From Armatimonadota bacterium (GTDB taxonomy: Bacteria > Sysuimicrobiota > Sysuimicrobiia > Sysuimicrobiales > Humicultoraceae): 33,110 bases of DNA. Where the stretch lies: positions 7,463-40,572 of the forward strand of contig JBBIJB010000014.1 of the NCBI GenBank assembly GCA_037446215.1. Reading direction: 5' to 3'. Position numbers and translations under genes: made by a program. The notes under the pieces are model-generated. The model was not told where the DNA came from, did no database searches, and saw only the letters and a program-made list of their open reading frames with translations. This document shows positions 10,171-18,469 of the stretch, piece after piece (positions within the stretch are counted from its first letter, which is position 1; each line of letters starts with the position of its first letter).

Positions 10171-10959
10171 TCAGCCGGGAAGCAGCATCCGGCGCAGCTC
10201 GTCGAGATCGGCAGCGTGTACGTCGGGTCGGACCCCGGGTAGCGGGGCTCCCACTCCGGGCCCAACCAGGACCGTGCGGAGGCCCGCCCGCATCCCTCCG
10301 GCTACATCCGAGTCGATCGAGTCGCCCACCATGGCTGTCTGTGAGGCCTCTACCCCGAAGTGACGCATCGCCTCCTGGAAGAAGAACGCCGAGGGCTTCC
10401 CGACGACCTCCGGCTCCCTCCCCGATGCGGCCGTCAGAGCGGCGACGATCGCACCTGCGCCCGGTACGTACACACCATTAGCCGAGGGCACCCTGCGGTC
10501 GAGATTGAGGGCCAGGAGCTCCGCGCCCGCGTCGAGGGCTCGTAGGGCTGTTGCCAGATCGCCGTAGGTCATGTGCGGGTCACGCCCCACTACCACCACC
10601 CTCGCCGCCCCGGGGTCGGTGACCACGGCTACTCCCGCCTCCTTGAGCACCGTGCGGACGGCATCGGTTCCCAGGACCATCGCCGGTGGCCGGTCGCGCA
10701 GCATCGGATGCCGGTGCACGACGCTCAGTGGTCCCATGACGGCCTCCGCCTCCACCTGGATCCCGGCCTTGCTGAGCCGGGCCGACAGGGCGGGTGCGGT
10801 GGCGCCGGACACGTTCGTAAGGAAGAAGACGCCCCGGCCCTCCGACCGCAGCGCCGAGATCAGCGCCGCGGCTCCCTCTGCCGGTATCCCTCCGAACCAA
10901 ACGCACCCGTCGAGGTCGAACATGAAATGCCGGATGCCCCGCAGCGCGGCGTCGCTCAC
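10171..10959 (-). CDS. HAD-IIA family hydrolase (NagD-like phosphatase)
   Basis: Motif I FDLDG, motif II FLTN, motif III GKPS, motif IV VGDSIDSD; GTGA overlap with the upstream ATPase gene. Confidence 0.9.
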   Translation of the reverse strand: MSDAALRGIRHFMFDLDGCVWFGGIPAEGAAALISALRSEGRGVFFLTNVSGATAPALSARLSKAGIQVEAEAVMGPLSVVHRHPMLRDRPPAMVLGTDAVRTVLKEAGVAVVTDPGAARVVVVGRDPHMTYGDLATALRALDAGAELLALNLDRRVPSANGVYVPGAGAIVAALTAASGREPEVVGKPSAFFFQEAMRHFGVEASQTAMVGDSIDSDVAGGMRAGLRTVLVGPGVGAPLPGVRPDVHAADLDELRRMLLPG

Positions 10960-12038
10960 CGGGCTACCCTCTCGCCCGTGGCGGCGTCGAAGAAGTGGAG
11001 ATGCTCGTCTACGAGCGCTACGTGAAGCTCCTGGTCGGAAGAGACCCGGACGCGCCGCTCTGTCCGTACGGTCAACTGGATCTCACCCCAGCGCACCTGC
11101 AGGAACTGGTCGGGTCCCGCCGAGAGATCGGCGTAGACGCGGAAAGGCACGGTACCCCGGTTCGGACCCTCAAAGACCCGGCAGTCCTCCGGCCGCACGG
11201 CCAGCAGATAGCGTCCCGGCCGCGGCACAGGACCGTCCGCCGGAAGGGCGAAGGCGCCCGGCACGGCCACCATACCCTGCTCTGTCACCTCCACGTCCAG
11301 GAAGTTCATCACCGGATTGGCCGTGAACTCAGCCACGAACCGCGTTGTCGGCGCGCGGTACACGGCGTCCGGCTCGTCGTATTGCAGCACCCGTCCGTGG
11401 TCCATGACGGCGATCTTCGTGGAGAGCGTGAGCGCCTCGATCTGGTCGTGGGTGACGTAGACGACGGTCATACCCAGGTCGTGGTGCAGGCGCTTGAGCT
11501 CTGCCCGCATCTCAAGCCGGAGCTTCGCATCGAGGTTCGAGAGAGGCTCGTCGAGTAACAGCACGGCCGGCTCAACGGCAATCATCCGGGCTATGGCCAC
11601 GCGCTGCTGCTGCCCACCCGACAGCTCGGACGGGTATCGTCCCTCCATGCCCCGCAGGCGGACGCGCTCCAGCGAGTCGCCGACACGGCGGGCCAGATCG
11701 CTTCCCCGCACGCCCCTCTGAGCGAGGCCCAGTGCTATGTTCTGAAACACGGTCATGTGGGGCCACAGTGCGTACGACTGGAAGACGAGCCCCAGGCGCC
11801 GCTTGCCCGGCGGCACATTGATCAACTCCGTGGACGAGTAGACAGGTCGGTCGTCCATCCGGATCTCGCCCTCGTTGGCCTCCTCGAGCCCGGCGATCAT
11901 GCGAAGCATGGTCGTCTTGCCGCAGCCCGACGGGCCGAGGAGGGTCGTGAAGCCCCCGGAGTCGATCTCGAGGGTCACGTCGTCGACGGCGGTGACGCTC
12001 CCCCAGCGCTTGGTAAGGTTGCGAACCTCTATCCTCAT
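10956..12038 (-). CDS. ABC importer ATP-binding subunit (FbpC/PotA/MalK-like)
   Basis: Walker A GPSGCGKT, signature LSGGQQQR, Walker B LLLDEPLSNLD, H-loop YVTHDQ, C-terminal TOBE-like region. Confidence 0.95.
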   Translation of the reverse strand: MRIEVRNLTKRWGSVTAVDDVTLEIDSGGFTTLLGPSGCGKTTMLRMIAGLEEANEGEIRMDDRPVYSSTELINVPPGKRRLGLVFQSYALWPHMTVFQNIALGLAQRGVRGSDLARRVGDSLERVRLRGMEGRYPSELSGGQQQRVAIARMIAVEPAVLLLDEPLSNLDAKLRLEMRAELKRLHHDLGMTVVYVTHDQIEALTLSTKIAVMDHGRVLQYDEPDAVYRAPTTRFVAEFTANPVMNFLDVEVTEQGMVAVPGAFALPADGPVPRPGRYLLAVRPEDCRVFEGPNRGTVPFRVYADLSAGPDQFLQVRWGEIQLTVRTERRVRVSSDQELHVALVDEHLHFFDAATGERVAR

Positions 12039-13864
12039 CGTGCGCTCCTAGCCTTTCCGCCGGACAACCGGTTCAGTAGGTTCACTAGCCCGGTCACCGT
12101 CAGGATTACGATGACCAACAAGACCGTGAAGGCGTCGGCGAGCTGCCGGAAACCGACCTCGGTGTACCAGAAGGCCTGGGTGGCCATCAGGCGGATCCGG
12201 GGCGTCACCAGCATGATGTACAGAGAGAGCTCCCGCATCGTCGTGATGAAGACGATGAGCGCTCCTGCCAGGAATGCCGGCCGGGTGAGCGGGAACAGGA
12301 TCCGCGCGAATCGCTGGTGCCACGGCACGCTGAGGACGCTGGCCGCTTCCTCCAGCTCCTTGGACACCTGCAGCTGCGCGCTGACCCCGGCCCGGGCGGC
12401 ATACGGGAGCTGCTTGCCGACGGTGACCAGCAGGAGGAGTGCAAACGTGCCGTAGAGAGCCGGCGCGAGGACGCCCCCGCGTGCGAACAGCGAGAGGTAG
12501 ATGGCCCCAAAGGCGATCGAGGGGATCAGCATCGGCACGAAGGAGACCTGCTCTATGAGGCGGACGAGGAGCCCGCCGCGCATCCTCGCGACGAGGTAGC
12601 CGATCATCAGGCCGAGGACTCCGCAGATCATCCCGCCCAGCAGCCCGAGCCGCACGCTGTTCCATATCGCGGTGAGGTTCAGGGGGTTTCGCAGCACCCC
12701 CGGCTCGCCGTCGTTGATGCCCGGCGTGCCCGGCCCTATCCAGTGCCTTAGCGAGAGGTTGCCCAGGCTGTAGTCGCCCTGGTTTGCCATCAGGCTCGAC
12801 CAGACCAGCAACAAGAGCGGGAAGAGGGCCACGGCGACCAGGAACAGCATCACGGCCGCGCCCCCGGCTATGCGCCAGCGGCCCAGGGCGACGATCCTGG
12901 ATCGGCCTCCCTTCCCCGAGACCAGATCGAACGACTTGCGGGTGCCCAGAACCCTGAAGTTGATGTACAGGCCGACCGCTGCCACGGCCATCAGCGCGAG
13001 CGCCACGACGTAGGCCTGTCCCTCGCGTCCCGTCAGGTTCAGTGAGTAGATCTGCGTGGCCACGACGTAGTAGCGGACCGGAAGGCCGAGGATCGCCGGC
13101 GTCCCGAAAGTCCCGATGGTTCGCGCGAAGGCAAGCAGCAGGACGGAGAAGATCGCCGGCATGATGATCGGGAAGGTGATCCTGGTCAGGGTTTGCCAAC
13201 GACTCAGCCCCAGTACATCCGCCGACTCCTCGAGCTCCGTGTTCAGGTTCTTCAGGGCCCCGGAGAAGAACAGGAAGCCAAACGGGAAGTAGTGGATGCC
13301 CAGCGCGATTACGATGGGCAGACCCCCATAGACCAGCCACTCCGGCGCCTGCCAGCCCAACGCGTACTCAAGGAACCCCCTTGGTGCTCCTACGCCTCGG
13401 TTCCGAAAGAGCGTGAGCCATGCCAGAGCGATCGTCCAGGAGGGCAGGACGTAGGGCAGCACGGAGAGCGTGGAGATCGCGCCCTTGAACGCGATGTCCG
13501 TGCGGACCACCAGCCAGGCGAGCGCGCCGCCCACCAGGGTGACTATCACCATCACGCCCAGGGCCACGGCGAGCGTCCTCATCATGGGGAGCACTATGAG
13601 GTTGCGCGTGAGCGTGCTGTTCAGCACTCGCTGCCAGTGGTAGATGGTGAAGCGGCCGACTTCGATATCGGGGCCTGCCAGCCGTGTATCCCCGGGCTGC
13701 CAGGTGAGCGAGGTCGTCAAGACCGCGAAGAGCGGCGTGACGACCAGATAGGTAAGGATGACCAGAAGGAGGGCCGCGAGGATGGCCTGGGGGGTCAGCA
13801 GGCGCCGCCCAACCCACCGCGCGGCCCTCGCCGAGGCGACGACTAGCGTACGTTCGCTATCCAC
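12035..13864 (-). CDS. ABC importer fused permease (FbpB/AfuB/ThiP-like)
   Basis: 609 aa, many hydrophobic segments, two EAA-type loops (ELEESADVLG and ELEEAASVLS). Exact start uncertain; GTG 13864 overlaps the SBP gene end. Confidence 0.9.
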   Translation of the reverse strand: MDSERTLVVASARAARWVGRRLLTPQAILAALLLVILTYLVVTPLFAVLTTSLTWQPGDTRLAGPDIEVGRFTIYHWQRVLNSTLTRNLIVLPMMRTLAVALGVMVIVTLVGGALAWLVVRTDIAFKGAISTLSVLPYVLPSWTIALAWLTLFRNRGVGAPRGFLEYALGWQAPEWLVYGGLPIVIALGIHYFPFGFLFFSGALKNLNTELEESADVLGLSRWQTLTRITFPIIMPAIFSVLLLAFARTIGTFGTPAILGLPVRYYVVATQIYSLNLTGREGQAYVVALALMAVAAVGLYINFRVLGTRKSFDLVSGKGGRSRIVALGRWRIAGGAAVMLFLVAVALFPLLLLVWSSLMANQGDYSLGNLSLRHWIGPGTPGINDGEPGVLRNPLNLTAIWNSVRLGLLGGMICGVLGLMIGYLVARMRGGLLVRLIEQVSFVPMLIPSIAFGAIYLSLFARGGVLAPALYGTFALLLLVTVGKQLPYAARAGVSAQLQVSKELEEAASVLSVPWHQRFARILFPLTRPAFLAGALIVFITTMRELSLYIMLVTPRIRLMATQAFWYTEVGFRQLADAFTVLLVIVILTVTGLVNLLNRLSGGKARSAR

Positions 13865-15030
13865 CAGTCCTGCACCTCGGTCTGGAGCCTCCAGATCGCC
13901 TCTGGATCCATCATCTTGAAGTTGATCTTCTCGTACGCAATCCAGTGAGGATCATCCGGAGGCCGCACGTCGGTCCGCGCGGGCCAGTTGCCGGGCACGA
14001 TGAACGGCGCCATGCCCTGGCCGCCCTTCTCGTCGCCGAAGAAGTACCTGATGAGAAGCTTGGCCGCGTTCGGGTGCGGTGCCCGGACCGCGATGTTCAT
14101 CAAGCTCGGATAGGACATCCCGGCGTAGGGGGTGAGCTGGGTCACCGCCCAGGCCTGCAGGTTGCCGCGCTCCGGGTCCTTCACGTCGCGGAGCTGCGAG
14201 AAGACCATGGAGATGCCGATGCGGGGTTCCGTGGAGTTGGGATCGCCGACCACCGGGAGCGCGTCTCCGTGGCGCCGGAAGAAGCGTACGCGGTTGGCCA
14301 GGATCCCCTTCAGCAGCTCGTAGCCGGCATTTGGGGTCGTAAGCCGGATCCGCTGCCCGAAGACACGCTCGTAGTCCCTCGCGAGCGGCAGCGCGCTGCC
14401 GACCAGCTGGGTTATGAAGTCCAGCGATGAGGCGTCCACCATCGGGTCGACCATCGAGAGGCGCCCGCGCCACTCGGGACGGGTCAGATCCCACCACGAC
14501 TTGATCGGCGAGTCGGGCGACGCCTTGGTGTTGTAGAAGATCCCGCGTGCCTCCAACCTCTGGGCCACAAGCGGCTCGCGGAACTCCCGTGGAACCACGT
14601 TCACGAGCTCCGGGGGAACGAAGGCGACGATCATATGGCGCCTGAATAGCCTGTGGTACTGCGCCGGATAGCCGGACGCATGTATTACGTCGGCGTTGTA
14701 GATACCGGAGCGCTGCTCGCGCTCAAGCCGGTCGATCGATCCCGCGGTCCCCAACTGGAACGCCTCGAGCTCGACACCCGGGAAGGCGGCCTCGAACTCC
14801 TTCTTCATCGGAGGCACGCGGGACGAACTCGTGTAGACCGTTACCTTGCCTTCGCGCCGGGCGGCCTGATAGACCGCCCTCCAGTCCTCCTTGGCCGGCG
14901 CATACTGGCCCAGCTTCGCCTGCTTGAGCCACGCATCCACCTCGGGCGGGACGCGGGGCTGCGCGTCGGTCGGCACTGCCGGCATCATTGCAAGCACCGC
15001 CGCAATCAACAGCATCACGACTCGGTACAT
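13843..15030 (-). CDS. ABC substrate-binding protein (AfuA/FbpA-like fold)
   Basis: Signal peptide MYRVVMLLIAAVLAMMPAVPTDA without lipobox Cys; AARREGKVTVYTS, SWWDLTRPEWRG, APHPNAAKLLI; GAGGAG RBS. Confidence 0.85.
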   Translation of the reverse strand: MYRVVMLLIAAVLAMMPAVPTDAQPRVPPEVDAWLKQAKLGQYAPAKEDWRAVYQAARREGKVTVYTSSSRVPPMKKEFEAAFPGVELEAFQLGTAGSIDRLEREQRSGIYNADVIHASGYPAQYHRLFRRHMIVAFVPPELVNVVPREFREPLVAQRLEARGIFYNTKASPDSPIKSWWDLTRPEWRGRLSMVDPMVDASSLDFITQLVGSALPLARDYERVFGQRIRLTTPNAGYELLKGILANRVRFFRRHGDALPVVGDPNSTEPRIGISMVFSQLRDVKDPERGNLQAWAVTQLTPYAGMSYPSLMNIAVRAPHPNAAKLLIRYFFGDEKGGQGMAPFIVPGNWPARTDVRPPDDPHWIAYEKINFKMMDPEAIWRLQTEVQDWWIANVR

Positions 15031-15042
15031 ATGCTCCTCCTC

Positions 15043-15789
15043 TCAGCGCTCAACCCTGAGCGCTATGAAGTATCGGTCTCCACGGTAGTGGCTTCGTGTC
15101 AGGCCAAGCAGCCTGCCGTCGCTCAGGTAGGTGATCCGCTGGACCCTCAGCAGTGGGCTCCCCTCGACAATCCCGAGCAGGATTGCCTGGCTCCTGTCTG
15201 CCTGCACCGCCTCGACGCGCTGGTCCGCGTGGCCCACGGGATGTCCCAGGACCTCTGCCGCCAGGGCGTAGAGAGAGCGCCCGAAGTCGAACTGCTCAAG
15301 CAGGCGGCCCATCACCGGGGGGAGGATGATCGTGTTCAGCGCTATCGGCTCGCCATCCGCCATGCGTAGGCGGTCGACCCGCAGCACCTGGCCCCCGGCG
15401 ATCAGGCCCAGGGCCGCGGCGTCCTCAGGTGAGGCGGCTACCCAGGTCTTGGCCATGACCTCTGTGGAGGGCTGGACACCGTGAGCACGGGCGTCCTCCT
15501 CGAAGCCAAGCAGGAGGTTGCCCACGCGTTCGATCTTGGGGGCGGCGACGAATGTGCCGACTCCCCTGCGCCTGAGCAGCAGGCCGCTGGTCACCAGCCT
15601 GCTGAGTCCCTGCCGGACGGTCATCTTGGCGACGCCGTACTTCCTGCAGAGCTCGTCTTCGGTGGGTATCCGGTCTCCGGGGCGGTAGATCCCCGAGTCG
15701 ATGAGCGCCCTGATCTCCTGCTCGATGCGCAGGTAGGCGGGAACCGGAGAGAGCGCGTCACTCATCGGTGGCCTAGTCAGCGGCGGCAT
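15043..15789 (-). CDS. GntR family (HutC/UTRA subfamily) transcriptional regulator
   Basis: wHTH PGDRIPTEDELCRKYGVAKMTVRQGL..RRRGVGTFV plus UTRA domain (RLRMADGEPI ... HYRGDRY). Start is ATG 15789 or 15765; the TTG at 15801 overlaps the predicted -10. Confidence 0.93.
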   Translation of the reverse strand: MPPLTRPPMSDALSPVPAYLRIEQEIRALIDSGIYRPGDRIPTEDELCRKYGVAKMTVRQGLSRLVTSGLLLRRRGVGTFVAAPKIERVGNLLLGFEEDARAHGVQPSTEVMAKTWVAASPEDAAALGLIAGGQVLRVDRLRMADGEPIALNTIILPPVMGRLLEQFDFGRSLYALAAEVLGHPVGHADQRVEAVQADRSQAILLGIVEGSPLLRVQRITYLSDGRLLGLTRSHYRGDRYFIALRVER

Positions 15790-15829
15790 ACTTCTAGACA
15801 ACTATAAGAATACGGGCGGCACAGGTCAA
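15790..15829 (-). promoter_or_regulatory. Sigma70-type promoter of the gntR-ABC-HAD operon with a possible GntR operator
   Basis: Minus strand TTGACC (15829-15824), 17-bp spacer, TATAGT (15806-15801), followed by TGTCTAGAAG, which resembles HutC-subfamily GT-N-TA-N-AC sites. Confidence 0.7.
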
Positions 15830-15871
15830 GCGGGCAGGTCATACGGGACGGGTTCGGTGCCCCAGCAGGCG

Positions 15872-17164
15872 CTAGGTCTCGTCCTGCTCCGCGCCCCCCA
15901 GCAGCAGGGCCAGCCGCCTGTTGAGGGCGTGCAGCGTGGCCTTGGCCACCGCCTGCCCTAGGTCGCCGCCAGTGACCGCGCAGCCCGCGTGGCGCTCTAT
16001 GCGGCCGGTGGGCTTCCCCAGCAGGATTGTGACGGTCAGGAGCGAGTTCGGCGGAGCGTGGTGGACTCGGATGTCGTCGAGCACGACACGCCAGCCGTCA
16101 AGCATCGCCTGGTTCACGGCCCGTACGGTGGACTCCGCCAGGAGGCGCAGCGGGGGTAGCCCCATGTGAGGGCCGCTGGCCTGGCCGACGAACCTCCTCT
16201 GCCCCAGGCTGAGCTCAACGGTCGCCGTCGCGTCCCCGTTGTCGGTCGAGACCCCTACGTGGCGTAGACGCAGCCGCGGATGCTCCTGGCACAGGTCTCT
16301 CTTCTCCACACCGGCTGCGGCGGGAAGCCTTCCGGCGCGCTCCACCTTCGCCCTCGTCGACTCCTGGCTCGCGGCGGTAATCAGGCTGTCAACGGTCGCC
16401 ACGAAGTGGATGTCATGACGCTCGGCGGTTCGCTTGCCTCCCGCGATCCCCAGCGAGGCCGACAGTGAGATGGCCGGAGGAGCCCCCGGCGGCCTCACCG
16501 CGGCGATCGCTTCCTGGGCCCGGCGGCCCAGCGCCTCCGCGTCGTCTCGCGGCCGAGTCGTGAGGACGGCGAACTCGTCTCCCCCGTAGCGGCAGAGCAG
16601 ATCGCGCGCCGGATCCACGAGCTCCCCCAGCGCCTGGGCGATCGCGCTGATGCACCGATCTCCCACGATGTGGCCGAACTGCTTGTTGACCGCCCCGAAC
16701 CCATCGAGGTCCAGGAAGATGACCGCGATCTCCTGCCCTGCCTTGAGCTGCTCTACCGCCCGCTCCCGAAGCGACGATCCCCACGGGAGATCGGTCAGGG
16801 GATCGACGGGCCTCCCCATGGCGCGCAGCACGTCCTCGCTGGACACCAGCCCCACGATCCTGTCTTCGCGGACCACCGGGAGCTGGGCGCACTGCTGCGC
16901 CTCCATGAGGTTGCAGGCGCTCGTGAGGAGCATGTCGGCGGCTATCGCCGGCGCATCGCGCTTCATCACCTCCGCGATCGGCCGGTAGGGTGGCACTTTC
17001 AGCAGATCCCGCACGGCGACGACCCCGGCCAGCCGCTCCCCGTCCACCACGGGGAGGATGTCGGCGCCGGTCTCCATCACCAGCGAGATCGCGTCGGCCA
17101 CTGTCTGGTCCGGCGCGATCGATGCGAACTCGGTGGTCATGACCTGCTCGACGACCGTCAGCAT
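15872..17164 (-). CDS. Diguanylate cyclase: CBS pair + GGDEF + C-terminal LeuA-regulatory-like domain
   Basis: Two CBS repeats (LPVVDGERLAGVV; LPVVREDRIVGLVS), DPLT, FLDLDGFGAVNKQFGHIVGD, RYGGDEF, SLSASLG; ATG 17164 (MLTVVEQVM) after GAGGCGGG. Confidence 0.88.
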   Translation of the reverse strand: MLTVVEQVMTTEFASIAPDQTVADAISLVMETGADILPVVDGERLAGVVAVRDLLKVPPYRPIAEVMKRDAPAIAADMLLTSACNLMEAQQCAQLPVVREDRIVGLVSSEDVLRAMGRPVDPLTDLPWGSSLRERAVEQLKAGQEIAVIFLDLDGFGAVNKQFGHIVGDRCISAIAQALGELVDPARDLLCRYGGDEFAVLTTRPRDDAEALGRRAQEAIAAVRPPGAPPAISLSASLGIAGGKRTAERHDIHFVATVDSLITAASQESTRAKVERAGRLPAAAGVEKRDLCQEHPRLRLRHVGVSTDNGDATATVELSLGQRRFVGQASGPHMGLPPLRLLAESTVRAVNQAMLDGWRVVLDDIRVHHAPPNSLLTVTILLGKPTGRIERHAGCAVTGGDLGQAVAKATLHALNRRLALLLGGAEQDET

Positions 17165-17245
17165 GAGGTACCCGCCTCGACGGAGTGAGCCCCCCGGACC
17201 GGAGCAGCCAGCGCCGGTCCGGCAGGGCGTACGGCCGTGCCTGTA

Positions 17246-17274
17246 AGGTTCCTTCCCATGGGGGGCGCGGTCAA
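17246..17274 (-). promoter_or_regulatory. Possible promoter of the diguanylate cyclase gene
   Basis: TTGACC (17274-17269), 17 bp, GAACCT (17251-17246); good -35, weak -10. Confidence 0.3.
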
Positions 17275-17331
17275 GACATGAAGGGGAGGGGGGAGCCCGC
17301 ACCCGTGCTCTGGATTGCCTCCGCGTGAAGA

Positions 17332-17895
17332 TCAGCGCGCCGATAGATGGGACGCGACGATGTTCACACCGATCAGGATCAGGATGGCGCCGCCGACCAC
17401 TTCCGCCACCCTCCCTATCCTGACCCGCAGCCTGTTCCCAAGGTGTATCCCTACCAGGGCCGCCGCGGCGGTCACCACGCCGATGACCACGCTCGGCCCC
17501 CAGACGCTGATGCGCAGCATCGCGAGGGTCAAACCGACTGCCAGCGCATCTATGCTGACCGCGGTCGAGAGCGCCACCAGGGTGGCTCCGCGACTGGGGT
17601 CGCGGCCCTGGGCAGGGCCACTCCCCCCCGGATCGGACCTCATCATCCTGATCCCGACCGCCGCCAGGAGCCCGAACGCCACCCAGTGATCGAACGACCT
17701 GACGGCCGGCTCAAGGGTCGTCCCGGCCGCCCATCCCAGGATCGGCATCAGGAATTGGAAGAGCCCGAAGTGGAATGAGAGCCTAAACGCCGCCCTCCGT
17801 CCGCCTATGCGGCCGGCGGCCGCGGCGGCCACCGACACCGCAAAGGCGTCGATCGAGAGGGCGAGCGCGATTAAGGCGATTTCGGCTACGCGCAT
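17332..17895 (-). CDS. mntP: Manganese efflux pump MntP family protein
   Basis: Two repeats ALALSIDAFAVS / STAVSIDALAVG, FGLFQFLMP..GW, DHWVAFGLL, AEVVGGAILILIG. Confidence 0.9.
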   Translation of the reverse strand: MRVAEIALIALALSIDAFAVSVAAAAAGRIGGRRAAFRLSFHFGLFQFLMPILGWAAGTTLEPAVRSFDHWVAFGLLAAVGIRMMRSDPGGSGPAQGRDPSRGATLVALSTAVSIDALAVGLTLAMLRISVWGPSVVIGVVTAAAALVGIHLGNRLRVRIGRVAEVVGGAILILIGVNIVASHLSAR

Positions 17896-17902
17896 CGCCC
17901 TC

Positions 17903-18466
17903 TCACAGCCGGCTCTGGACCGCCTCCCCGGTCAGTTACCGCAGGGCGTCGGAGGCGATCCATCTGGCGGTCCTCGACTCCACCTTCCGGATGGTGCGCG
18001 CGGCGCGGACAGCGGCCCGCTCAATCATGGGCAGCAACTCGATGAACCTATCGCCCCCGGCCTCCCTGTCGTGGCTGGCCAGGCAGGCGATCAGCGCGAA
18101 GGCGGCCCTCCTGGTGAACTCCCCCTCCCGCCCGGACCACTCGAACACCTTCTTCCAGGCGAGAGGAGTGCGATCGAAGAGGTTGCTGCACACCTGGTCG
18201 CAGACGTCCCACGAGTCGAACCCCCGGACCCACTCCTCCATCTGCCTCTCCGTCAGCTTCTCCGGCTCGGCAACCATCGAGGCGACTATCCTGGCATCGG
18301 GGATGCCGGTCTTCCAGAGCGCGAGCGCCAGCCGGTGATCCCTGCCCACCTGATTCGCGACCCTGCGCATATCGGGGACCGAAACGCCCATCCTGCGGTC
18401 CGGCTTGATGCCGTAACGGGCCATTGCGGCGATCTGATCGGGCCGGGATCTCTCTTCATCATCCCA
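17903..18466 (-). pseudogene. DNA alkylation repair protein (AlkD-like) pseudogene
   Basis: MARYGI..GVSVPDMR, LALALWKTG..DAR, FDSWDVCDQVCSNLF, EFTRRAAF, ARWIASDALR. In-frame TAA at 17938-17936 is followed by LTGEAVQSRL-TGA; no start upstream of RPDQIAAM; apparent internal deletion at IERAA/VRAA. Confidence 0.78.
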
Positions 18467-18469
18467 CGC

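Noticed and set aside
15822..15841. Direct repeat CAGGTCA x2 upstream of gntR
   Set aside because: A short 7-mer at 13-bp spacing, and one copy is simply the -35 element; not distinguishable from chance.
17936..17938. Programmed stop-codon readthrough (Sec/Pyl) in the AlkD-like gene
   Set aside because: The codon is TAA, not TGA or TAG, and the gene has other lesions; pseudogenisation is the simpler explanation.
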